Virus record (IMG/VR): IMGVR_UViG_3300044676_003071
Span: 1 to 32,399 of that record
DNA length: 32,399 nt
From: a virus
Lineage: Duplodnaviria; Caudoviricetes
Strand: one strand, 5' to 3'
The notes beneath the pieces are model-generated. The model worked only from the letters and a program-made list of their open reading frames with translations. It was not told the DNA's origin and did not search any database. Below are positions 25,358 to 32,399 of the stretch, piece after piece (positions within the stretch are counted from its first letter, which is position 1; every line of letters starts with the position of its first letter). Made by a program: the position numbers and the translations under genes.

Positions 25358-25521
25358 TGGAACTGGACACCCCGTCCCTGACGACGCTGGCGACACAGAT
25401 TGCGGACCTTCGTGCCAAGGCTGAGGGTCATGCGCGTGCGCTGTCACACCTCCATGCTGAACTACGACTGCTGGAGGAAGAGATGCTGAGGATGCAGGAA
25501 GTCCCCGAAGACTGGGAGTGA
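25357..25521 (+). CDS. Small coiled-coil hypothetical protein
   Basis: Coupled start; heptad pattern. Confidence 0.65.
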   Translation: MELDTPSLTTLATQIADLRAKAEGHARALSHLHAELRLLEEEMLRMQEVPEDWE

Positions 25522-25522
25522 G

Positions 25523-25768
25523 ATGAACGAGAACCTGCGCGCAATGTTCGACACGATGGACGAGACACGGGACGGCCTTCGGGCGCAGACGAACCGTGTC
25601 GAGCAAGTCCTGTTCGCTCTGTACGAAGAAGTCGAAGACCCATTGGGGGAGGGGGAGGAACTCGTCGGGATTCTGACGGATGCCGCCCATGACCTGCACG
25701 CGCTCGCTGGCGTCGTCGCGATGCTGTCGGCGCAACTGACCGACATCGGCAAGGAGATTCTGCGATGA
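25523..25768 (+). CDS. Hypothetical acidic helical protein
   Basis: GGAG RBS; ATGA overlap with the exonuclease. Confidence 0.7.
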   Translation: MNENLRAMFDTMDETRDGLRAQTNRVEQVLFALYEEVEDPLGEGEELVGILTDAAHDLHALAGVVAMLSAQLTDIGKEILR

Positions 25769-26481
25769 CAACCCCTGCGCTCGCTGAGAACGTCAAAGGA
25801 AAGGGCAGGCACTACAAGCACCCGGTCACGGGCGAACTGCTACCAAGCATCACGAACGTGCTGGGCGCTGCGGTGAACAAGCCAGCGTTGCCTCGCTGGG
25901 CTGCCAAGGTCGTCGCTGAGCAGGCCGTCGCGATGCGCGACTCGCTCTCGAATCTTGACGAAGAGGAGGCCATCACGATTCTGAAGCAGTCGCCTTGGCG
26001 CTCGTCGACTAGGGCTGCCGACCGTGGCACAACCATCCACGCCTATCTCGAAGCAATGATGCAGGGGCTGGAGCCGCAGGAGATTTCCGGCGACGCCGCC
26101 CGGTACAGGAAGGCCGCTGACGCATGGTTGGCAGACTGGCAGCCTAAGCCTGTCGCTGTAGAACTCACCGTGTTCGGTGACGGGTATGCCGGGACTGGCG
26201 ACCTTTGGTGCATCACGAACGACGGCAAACTTGTCGTACTCGATTACAAGACGAGCAAGGCCGTCTACCCGGAAGCAGCTCTACAACTTGCCGCGCTTGC
26301 GCGTGCCACGCTCGACCCGGATGGGAACGAGCCGCCGCTTGCGGAAGAGGCATGGGTCATTCGCATCGGAGAGAAGGGCTACGAAGCAAAGCGTGTCGCG
26401 AACATCGAAGCGAACTATCAGGCGTTCCGTGCCTGCCTTCAGGTGTGGCATTGGGTCAATGGAGAGGATGTGTACGCATGA
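25765..26481 (+). CDS. PD-(D/E)XK exonuclease (RecB/Cas4-like phage recombination nuclease)
   Basis: PSITNVL...KPALPRWAA, RGTTIH, E..V, GYAGTGD, LDYKTS, LQLAA. Confidence 0.88.
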   Translation: MTTPALAENVKGKGRHYKHPVTGELLPSITNVLGAAVNKPALPRWAAKVVAEQAVAMRDSLSNLDEEEAITILKQSPWRSSTRAADRGTTIHAYLEAMMQGLEPQEISGDAARYRKAADAWLADWQPKPVAVELTVFGDGYAGTGDLWCITNDGKLVVLDYKTSKAVYPEAALQLAALARATLDPDGNEPPLAEEAWVIRIGEKGYEAKRVANIEANYQAFRACLQVWHWVNGEDVYA

Positions 26482-26894
26482 GTCAACTGCATGAACTGTC
26501 AAGGCCGTTCCCTGAGTCGCTGGTCAAGCAGAAGCCGGGGAAGTTCGCGGCAGCGTTCGTGTCCCACGCGGACGTTTGTCAGCGGGTCCTTGAAGTGCTT
26601 GGCCCGTACTCGTTTGAGGTCAAGCAGATGATTACGAACCCGGACGGGATGGTGACGGGCTGCCTCGCAACGCTGACCTGCACCGTCGACGGCAAAGAGG
26701 TTCGCATCACGGAGGTCGGGGATGTCGAACGTCCGGGCGAGTCGAACGGCTCAGCCGGAAAGACGGCGTCTTCCGACGCGCTGAAGCGCTGCGCCATGAG
26801 GCTGGGCGTTGGGCTGCACCTGTGGAGTCAGGATTCGTACTACTTGGACCGTGCGCTGGAGAAGAGGAAGAAGGATGGAGACGACGACGAGTGA
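26478..26894 (+). CDS. Rad52/Sak-like single-strand annealing protein
   Basis: FVSHADVCQRVLEVLG...KTASSDALKRCAMRLGVGLHLW; adjacent to the exonuclease. Confidence 0.8.
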   Translation: MSQLHELSRPFPESLVKQKPGKFAAAFVSHADVCQRVLEVLGPYSFEVKQMITNPDGMVTGCLATLTCTVDGKEVRITEVGDVERPGESNGSAGKTASSDALKRCAMRLGVGLHLWSQDSYYLDRALEKRKKDGDDDE

Positions 26895-27027
26895 CCCGAT
26901 GGACGACCTGCTCGACGAGATGCGGCTGATGCGTGCTGAGCTTGCGCTGCTCCGTGAGTCCATCTTCCACATGAACCGTCTTAGGATGGGTTCGGATTGG
27001 GAGCGCCGGGAAAGGTACGGCTGGTGA
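26875..27027 (+). CDS. Hypothetical protein (50 aa)
   Basis: Fills the gap; GTGA overlap with the next gene. Confidence 0.55.
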   Translation: METTTSDPMDDLLDEMRLMRAELALLRESIFHMNRLRMGSDWERRERYGW

Positions 27028-27365
27028 GCATCGAAGACTTGGCGGCAGAAGCACGTCGACTTTCCGAACTTCTCGACCGGGGCATAGGTGCCCTACGGGA
27101 TGCGGCGAAGGAATTCGCTGACGCCGAACACGCATTCCGTCTTGCTCATGCTAAGGCGTATCTTGAGACCGCTGGCACCGTGGGGGAACGGGAGGCGCAG
27201 ACCTATGTTGCGATTGGCACTCTTCGTCGCGACCGTGATTATGCGGATGCAATTCGCACGGCTGCGGTGGAGGCGGTTCGTTCGCGCCGCACGCAACTCT
27301 CTGCCGTACAGTCGCTCCTCTCAGCGCATAAAGCGGAGGCCGAGTTTGTCAGGACCGCGTCTTGA
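27024..27365 (+). CDS. Helical hypothetical protein in the recombination module
   Basis: AKAYL...GTVGEREA...AVRSRRTQLSAVQSL. Confidence 0.7.
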   Translation: MSIEDLAAEARRLSELLDRGIGALRDAAKEFADAEHAFRLAHAKAYLETAGTVGEREAQTYVAIGTLRRDRDYADAIRTAAVEAVRSRRTQLSAVQSLLSAHKAEAEFVRTAS

Positions 27366-27645
27366 CCCTTACCGGACCGGGCACGTCTCTGAGTGTCTTC
27401 GGTGCGGTGTTGAGGACATAGTTCCCCTTGCCATCTGTCGGTTCGAGCGTCACCCGTGGCGGCTGGTGTGGAACTGCCTGTCCTGTGCCGAGCAAACGTC
27501 AGCGCTCGTACACCCGGAGGTAATTCCGTTTCTTCTGCGCCATGACGTTGCCGGTGGCCTTGTCGTTTCTGCTCGCGAGGCCGCTTTTTGGGAGCGTGCG
27601 GATGCAGACGACGTGACGGAGGCGTTCGTCGAGGAGCTTCTGTGA
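27346..27645 (+). CDS. Zinc-finger protein
   Basis: GGAGG RBS then TTG 27346; CLRC and CLSC pairs. Confidence 0.6.
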   Translation: MSGPRLDPYRTGHVSECLRCGVEDIVPLAICRFERHPWRLVWNCLSCAEQTSALVHPEVIPFLLRHDVAGGLVVSAREAAFWERADADDVTEAFVEELL

Positions 27646-27914
27646 GGCAGGTGTCGCGTCGGCGTGCGAAGCGCGACCGCGTCTACGATGAGCGTCGGCG
27701 TGAGGTATGGGAGCGCGGCGGCGGCGTCTGTGAGTGGTGCCACGCTGCCGAGATGACGGACGTGCATCATCGGGCCGGTCGCGTTGGTCGCGACCCTCAC
27801 CGACTGGAGAACCTTGTCGGCCTCTGCTGGGGCTGCCATCAGCGTGTTCATGGGCATCCTGAGTGGGCGCGGTCTGTGGGGCTGATGGAGACCCGAATCG
27901 TAAAGTCGGGCTGA
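27642..27914 (+). CDS. HNH endonuclease
   Basis: CEWC...DVHH...NLVGLCWGCH. Confidence 0.85.
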   Translation: MRQVSRRRAKRDRVYDERRREVWERGGGVCEWCHAAEMTDVHHRAGRVGRDPHRLENLVGLCWGCHQRVHGHPEWARSVGLMETRIVKSG

Positions 27915-28008
27915 ATCCGCAGATATCCGCAGAACTAGGTGGGGTTTGGTGCTTGACAGACGCTCGGCGTGTCCGGTAGTTTTACGCCAGTCGAGAGGAG
28001 ACAGACAG
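27914..28008 (+). promoter_or_regulatory. Promoter P3 with upstream conserved motif and RBS
   Basis: AATCCGC 27914, TATCCGC 27924, GAACTAG 27932, TTGACA 27953-58, 18 bp, TAGTTT 27977-82, GAGAGGAG RBS. Confidence 0.85.
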
Positions 28009-28182
28009 ATGAAGACCACCAAGGTCCGCTTCACCGCCACCATCGAGATTGACATCGAGGAGTGGGCAGAGGCCTACGGCCTTGAGCCGACCGCTCGCGC
28101 CGTTCAGCAGGATGTTCGCGAGGCGGTGTTCAACCACATTCACAACATGGCGGTCGCTCCTCTTGGGGTTACCGCACGCTGA
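28009..28182 (+). CDS. Hypothetical protein (57 aa)
   Basis: First gene after P3; MKTTKVRFTATIEIDIEEWAEAYG. Confidence 0.8.
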   Translation: MKTTKVRFTATIEIDIEEWAEAYGLEPTARAVQQDVREAVFNHIHNMAVAPLGVTAR

Positions 28183-28194
28183 CCACAGACGACT

Positions 28195-28226
28195 TGGGGG
28201 CGCGTTCGGGGAAGGGCGCGCCCCCA
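28195..28226 (+). other. 13-bp GC-rich intergenic hairpin
   Basis: TGGGGGCGCGTTC 28195-207 / GGGCGCGCCCCCA 28214-226. Confidence 0.65.
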
Positions 28227-28247
28227 CCAACCTGAGAGGAGCAGCAC

Positions 28248-28409
28248 ATGACCACCACCATCAAGCAGGTCAGCCACTACGAGGTCGTTGGCGACCGTGG
28301 CGTCGCGTTCATCGCGCACCGCCCGGAGGATGCGATTGACCTGCGCGACCAGAACGGCATGGCAATCGCCCGCATCGTCTTCACCGACCGCACGACAAAG
28401 ACCATCTGA
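28248..28409 (+). CDS. Hypothetical protein (53 aa); absent from the ORF track
   Basis: GAGAGGAG RBS; MTTTIKQVSHYEVVGDRGVAFIAHRPEDAIDLRDQNGMAIARIVFTDRTTKTI*. Confidence 0.75.
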   Translation: MTTTIKQVSHYEVVGDRGVAFIAHRPEDAIDLRDQNGMAIARIVFTDRTTKTI

Positions 28410-28435
28410 CCTACCGGCCTGAGAGGAGACAGACC

Positions 28436-28630
28436 ATGAGCACCAAGACCCACACCTTCAACGAGATGTTCGGCATCGTCACCTACGAAGTTCCGTTCGG
28501 CTGCGAGTGCTGCGGCACCAAGGTCGACACCTACTACCAACTGCGCGGCGACCGCCATGGGGCGCACTCCTGCGGCGACTGTGCTGAGCAGCACGTCGAG
28601 GAAGTCAACGCCGGGATTTGGGAGTGGTGA
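28436..28630 (+). CDS. Small zinc-finger protein
   Basis: GAGAGGAG RBS; CECC and CGDC. Confidence 0.75.
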   Translation: MSTKTHTFNEMFGIVTYEVPFGCECCGTKVDTYYQLRGDRHGAHSCGDCAEQHVEEVNAGIWEW

Positions 28631-28631
28631 G

Positions 28632-28811
28632 ATGACACCGGAGACGCTCGCAGCAATCGCCAAGATGAAGCCGGGGAAGTTCGTGTGGTGCCAGTACGGG
28701 CAGACACCCGGTTCCAAGAACGACGAACATCAGGTGTGCATCGACCAAGAAGCACGCCACCGTTCCAAGGGCGGCACCTCATGGGGTTGCACCTGCAAGT
28801 GCCACCGCTGA
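28632..28811 (+). CDS. Small Cys/His-rich protein
   Basis: GGAG RBS; WC...H..C...CTCKCH. Confidence 0.7.
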   Translation: MTPETLAAIAKMKPGKFVWCQYGQTPGSKNDEHQVCIDQEARHRSKGGTSWGCTCKCHR

Positions 28812-28822
28812 GAGGACTCAAC

Positions 28823-28990
28823 ATGGAACTGACAATCGCAATCGCAGGCATCTGCTTCGCGCTTGGATGTATCGGCGGCATCATTACAGCAGGACGACAC
28901 TACGACATCGAATCAGAGCAGGCGTATCTCGCCGGTCACATCGACGGCTACAACGCCGCAATGCACGACTCAGGAGGTGCATGGGCATGA
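28823..28990 (+). CDS. Small membrane-anchored protein
   Basis: GAGGA RBS; N-terminal hydrophobic helix. Confidence 0.65.
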   Translation: MELTIAIAGICFALGCIGGIITAGRHYDIESEQAYLAGHIDGYNAAMHDSGGAWA

Positions 28991-29073
28991 GCGTTCCATT
29001 CCATCTGCTGCTTTGGGTGATGCTGCCCCTCAGCATCTACGCGAGCCTGTGGGCATACGACAGGAGCCGATAA
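28987..29073 (+). CDS. 28-aa single-TM peptide
   Basis: AGGAGG upstream; ATGA and TAATG coupling on both sides. Confidence 0.5.
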   Translation: MSVPFHLLLWVMLPLSIYASLWAYDRSR

Positions 29074-29237
29074 TGGGTTCGGGAACGAACCGAAAGTGGT
29101 GGCGTGAGAAGGGCAGCCGCACCGGGCGCAAGTCGAACACGAAGTCGGTGCGAGCACGCCGGAAGAACGATGGTGGTTGGAAGAAGATGAAGGCGTGGCG
29201 TGCTGAGGCCGCGAGGAGGTCGAACGTCCGTGGATGA
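29073..29237 (+). CDS. Highly basic 54-aa peptide
   Basis: AGGAG RBS; MGSGTNRKWWREKGSRTGRKSNTKSVRARRK... Confidence 0.55.
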   Translation: MGSGTNRKWWREKGSRTGRKSNTKSVRARRKNDGGWKKMKAWRAEAARRSNVRG

Positions 29238-29409
29238 ACATGAGATGCAGCGCAACTGGCGAATGGTCGGGCTGCACGCGCTCCGCATCAAATACGCAGG
29301 GCTGCTGTTCGCAATCGCTCAGCATCGTCGCAGCGTGCGCGAACAAATCGTGTCGCGTGAGCAGGCCGACTTAGAGCTTTGGGATTTTCTTGAGCGCGAA
29401 AAGTTCTGA
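29230..29409 (+). CDS. Hypothetical protein (59 aa)
   Basis: AGGAGG RBS, GTG start. Confidence 0.6.
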   Translation: MDEHEMQRNWRMVGLHALRIKYAGLLFAIAQHRRSVREQIVSREQADLELWDFLEREKF

Positions 29410-29420
29410 CAGGAGACAGG

Positions 29421-29588
29421 ATGATTGACGAGTTCGCTGACCTGCGTGCGGCAACGCGCCGGAAGCAGGAAGCACAGGTTGCTTGGGAGAAGGAACTGGT
29501 TCGGATGCGCCGTGCCGGTTGGTCGACGCGCGTCCTTGCGGACCCTGCCGGGGTCTCGCACATGACCGTGTGGGAACTGACCCGATGA
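29421..29588 (+). CDS. Small helix-turn-helix protein (55 aa); absent from the ORF track
   Basis: AGGAG RBS; GWSTRVLADPAGVSHMTVWEL. Confidence 0.7.
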   Translation: MIDEFADLRAATRRKQEAQVAWEKELVRMRRAGWSTRVLADPAGVSHMTVWELTR

Positions 29589-29914
29589 TGGAAACGCTCA
29601 TCGCTCTCGCTCTGATGTTCGGGATGTCGCCGGTCGAGGCGAAAGCGTGGGCGTATCTGACGCATGAGGGCCGCGAGTTTGAGTTTGTCTGCGCCTCTGA
29701 GATTATTCACGCAGAATCGTCTTGGAGGCCACACGCGGTAGGCGACGGCGGCGATTCATTCGGTCTAGCCCAGCGTCATGCACCTGTTCACGGGATGCCT
29801 GAACTGCCGTGGCCTGCCGTCGAGCAGATGGAGTGGTTCACCGATTACGCCGACGAGCGGTACGGCGATTGGTGTGAGGCGGCGCGTGTGCGTCGCATCC
29901 AAGGATGGTGGTAG
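29585..29914 (+). CDS. Lytic transglycosylase (SLT-like) with hydrophobic N-terminus
   Basis: IIHAESSWRPHA (catalytic ES), SFGLAQ, Y...RYG. Confidence 0.8.
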   Translation: MMETLIALALMFGMSPVEAKAWAYLTHEGREFEFVCASEIIHAESSWRPHAVGDGGDSFGLAQRHAPVHGMPELPWPAVEQMEWFTDYADERYGDWCEAARVRRIQGWW

Positions 29915-29924
29915 AGGAGACAGC

Positions 29925-30176
29925 ATGAGATGGCAGGACAAAGCAGCGTGCAACGGAAAGCAGAATCTCGACTGGTTCGGTGAGAGCCTGACGTTTGAGA
30001 CGGCACGGTTGTGCAACGATTGTCCGGTCAAGTTCGACTGTCTGATGGAAGCGCTTGCACGGAACGAGAATGAAGACATCGGGATTTGGGGTGGGACAAC
30101 GCTGGCTCAACGGCGCGCTATCCGCAGCAAGAAGACGACCGTCGAGCAGGTATGGCTACAGGCGGTCCTTGTATGA
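29925..30176 (+). CDS. whiB: WhiB-family transcription factor
   Basis: WQDKAAC...CNDCPVKFDC (four Cys) and GIWGG turn. Confidence 0.93.
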   Translation: MRWQDKAACNGKQNLDWFGESLTFETARLCNDCPVKFDCLMEALARNENEDIGIWGGTTLAQRRAIRSKKTTVEQVWLQAVLV

Positions 30177-30499
30177 GTGGAGCTTCGTCACGTCGGAAAG
30201 GCAACCGCGCGGAACTCGCGGTCGTCAAGACGCTGAAGGCGTGGGGCTGGCATGCGAAGACCAGCCGCGCAACGTCGGGGATGCAGAAGGGCTGTGACAT
30301 CGTGACCGACGCGCCTGTGTCTATCGAAGTGAAGGACCGGGCCGCGCTCGACCTATCCGGCTGGTTGGCGCAGGCAGAGCGCAATGCGACGGAGGACGCG
30401 CCGGGTGTCGTATGGCATAAGCGGCGCGGCAAGGCAAACCCGGAAGAGTGGTATGTGACCATGTCAGGCGAGACGCTAATGAGGCTGCTCAATGGATAA
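30173..30499 (+). CDS. Holliday junction resolvase (Hjc-like PD-(D/E)XK)
   Basis: SRRKGNRAE, CDI, IEVK, WLAQA, HKRRG. Confidence 0.8.
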   Translation: MSGASSRRKGNRAELAVVKTLKAWGWHAKTSRATSGMQKGCDIVTDAPVSIEVKDRAALDLSGWLAQAERNATEDAPGVVWHKRRGKANPEEWYVTMSGETLMRLLNG

Positions 30500-30917
30500 G
30501 ACGACGACCGGATACCACCCCGACTTCGACGTGGACTTGCGCGTCGGAGAGCTAGGCGAACATCTGTTCGGAACCTTTTGGGAAGACCTGCATCGAAGCG
30601 GAACCGTTGAAGTGAAGGTCGACCGAGGCGCTTGGAAGACCGGCAACCACTACGTCGAGACAGCCCAGTCATCAGACGGCGTCAGCTGGCGCGCGTCTGG
30701 CATCAACGTGACCAAGGCGACGTGGTGGTCGGTCGTATCCCCGGAGAACACAGGATTCATCTGCATAACCGTTGAACTCCTGAAGGCTCTTGCCGCTAGC
30801 GCACCGGAAGCTGAGCAGCCCCTCCGCAACGGGAAGACCAACGCCTCGAAAGGCAGGCTCGTCAAGATGGATGACCTGTGGCGCGCGATGATGTATGGTC
30901 GGCTGATAACCGAATGA
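30492..30917 (+). CDS. Putative PD-(D/E)XK-fold protein
   Basis: FDVDL..GELGE...VEVK.D...TGN..VE...SGI..TKA.WW. Confidence 0.6.
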   Translation: MDKTTTGYHPDFDVDLRVGELGEHLFGTFWEDLHRSGTVEVKVDRGAWKTGNHYVETAQSSDGVSWRASGINVTKATWWSVVSPENTGFICITVELLKALAASAPEAEQPLRNGKTNASKGRLVKMDDLWRAMMYGRLITE

Positions 30918-30985
30918 GTCGCGCCCCCGTCCCCCGGAGAGAAGGAGGGGACGGAGGCGCTAACCGCTACAGAGGAGCGGCTGTT

Positions 30986-31720
30986 ATGAGTCTAGAGGCA
31001 ATGAACTGGGCGTGGGAGCAACCCGTCGCCAAATCCACGAACAAGCTCGTGCTTCTCGCGCTCGCGGACCATGCGAACGCTGACGGCGAGTGCTGGCCTT
31101 CGATGAAGCGGATTGCCGAGCGGTCCGACATCTCAGCACGTCACGTCTCACGAGCCATCAACGAGCTGGTCGAACTCGGCCTTATCGAGAAGGCGTCGCG
31201 ACGCAGGTTCGGTGGCCAGTATCGAGGGTGGGACTACCGCGTACTCGTCCAGCGGACACCGGCGTCCAGTGGACACCCGAGTCCTATGACCAGCGGACAC
31301 CCACGTCCGTCACCAGCGGACACCGGCGTCCGGTCTGAACCATCAGAGAACCATCAGGAAGAACCTCTTGCGCCTACGGCGCAGAAGGCCGTCAAGAAGA
31401 GACAGCCCGACCCACTATGGGACACAATGCTCAACGTCTGCGGCATCAACCCACAGACGCTCACCGGGACAGAACGCGGACGTGTCAACCGCGCCCTGAA
31501 AGAACTTCGAGAAGTCAACGCAACCCCCGAAGACATACGCGCAAGAGCAAACGCCTACAAGACCAAGTACCCCGGCGCAGCCCTAACCCCCACAGCCCTT
31601 GCCGCCAACTGGTCGCAACTCACCCCAGCACGACATCAGAAGACGAACGTATGCCGGGACTGCGGTCAGCAGCTAGACAGGCACGACCAAGAAACCTGCG
31701 ACGCTTTCAGGAGACGATAA
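30986..31720 (+). CDS. Replication initiator with N-terminal winged HTH
   Basis: MSLEAMNWAW...KLVLLALADHAN..GECWPSMKRIAER...INELVELGLI; internal iterons. Confidence 0.85.
   Translation: MSLEAMNWAWEQPVAKSTNKLVLLALADHANADGECWPSMKRIAERSDISARHVSRAINELVELGLIEKASRRRFGGQYRGWDYRVLVQRTPASSGHPSPMTSGHPRPSPADTGVRSEPSENHQEEPLAPTAQKAVKKRQPDPLWDTMLNVCGINPQTLTGTERGRVNRALKELREVNATPEDIRARANAYKTKYPGAALTPTALAANWSQLTPARHQKTNVCRDCGQQLDRHDQETCDAFRRR
31249..31331 (+). repeat. Four iteron-like repeats, putative replication origin
   Basis: CCAGYGGACACCNNNGTCC starting at 31249, 31266, 31290, 31313. Confidence 0.8.
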
Positions 31721-32055
31721 TGGGATACCTGTGGTTCAGAACATGGCAGGACGACGCTAACCGGCTGTGGGCAGAGCGGTTCCTCGCAGGCGACCCGTCC
31801 GAAGCCAAACAGCACCACGCAGACGACCTCCGATTCGCATGGGCAAGAAGCGGCGACCGAAACCCTGCCGTATCCGACCTGACCTTTCACAACGAGACCG
31901 GCTCGACCGTCATCGTCAAAGAAGGAAAGCAGCGTGAACCGGCACGCCAGTCAGACCGGCAGGGGGATACCCCTACGCCGCAGGCGCTCGCCGCCCTGCT
32001 CATCCCCACCGCGCCAGCCCCAGTCCAACCGGACAGCAGCAATCTTCCATTCTGA
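31720..32055 (+). CDS. Hypothetical protein (111 aa) ending in LPF
   Basis: AGGAG RBS; TAATG/TGATG coupling on both sides. Confidence 0.65.
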   Translation: MGYLWFRTWQDDANRLWAERFLAGDPSEAKQHHADDLRFAWARSGDRNPAVSDLTFHNETGSTVIVKEGKQREPARQSDRQGDTPTPQALAALLIPTAPAPVQPDSSNLPF

Positions 32056-32399
32056 TGCTCAAGAAACCTTGCATTGAATGTGGGGCACCCACCCACGGCA
32101 CCCGATGCCCACAACATCATCAAGCACATCGGGCGCAGGTCAATGCCACGCAGCACGCACGACGGCAGGCCAAGGGAGGAAGACCGCAATACTCCGGCGA
32201 CTGGCGGCGGCAGGCAGCAGCCGTCCGAGCGAACGCAACCAGCTGCTGGCTCTGCGGCGAAGGCCCAAGGCCTAATGACCCGTGGCAGGCCGACCACGTC
32301 CTCCCAGCCGCAATCGCAGGAGGAGCACAGGGACCGGCCCTCCCAGCCCACCGCTCATGCAACGTCGCAAGGGCAAACCGTGCCCGTTCGGGCCGGGGA
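32055..32399 (+). CDS. HNH endonuclease (terminase-associated, HK97 gp74-like); runs off the window end and is absent from the ORF track
   Basis: MLKKPCIECG...RCPQH...CWLCG...WQADHV...AHRSCN; no stop before 32399. Confidence 0.88.
   Translation, partial: MLKKPCIECGAPTHGTRCPQHHQAHRAQVNATQHARRQAKGGRPQYSGDWRRQAAAVRANATSCWLCGEGPRPNDPWQADHVLPAAIAGGAQGPALPAHRSCNVARANRARSGRG

Noticed and set aside
25765-26481. Cas4-like nuclease as part of a CRISPR system
   Set aside because: No repeat-spacer array or other cas genes; its pairing with an annealase fits phage recombination.
30915-30925. TGAGTCG after a stop codon, as at the hammerheads
   Set aside because: Not followed by AAA, and no CUGANGA downstream.

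Overview
The window is an essentially complete ~32.4 kb HK97-type tailed phage genome with every gene on the + strand. A WhiB gene and TTGACA-18-TAnnnT promoters point to an actinobacterial host. Gene order: ParB-fused DNA methyltransferase, terminases, portal, multidomain prohead protease, a two-gene moron, major capsid, a three-gene sugar-modification cluster, head-tail and tail genes with a -1 frameshift chaperone, tape measure, tail tip, lysis, metallophosphoesterase, early/recombination genes, WhiB, resolvase, a replication initiator with internal iterons, and a terminal HNH nuclease whose frame closes at positions 4-6 if the ends are joined. I saw no integrase, reverse transcriptase, tRNA or CRISPR array. 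The main finding is a repeated expression cassette: three promoters share an extended upstream operator-like motif, and in two of them a type II hammerhead ribozyme with a covarying pseudoknot begins immediately after the first gene's stop codon and ends before the next gene's RBS (7026-7084, 24625-24684). The third cassette has a strong hairpin in that position and a possible ribozyme remnant. All calls come from motif reading by eye; no searches were run.
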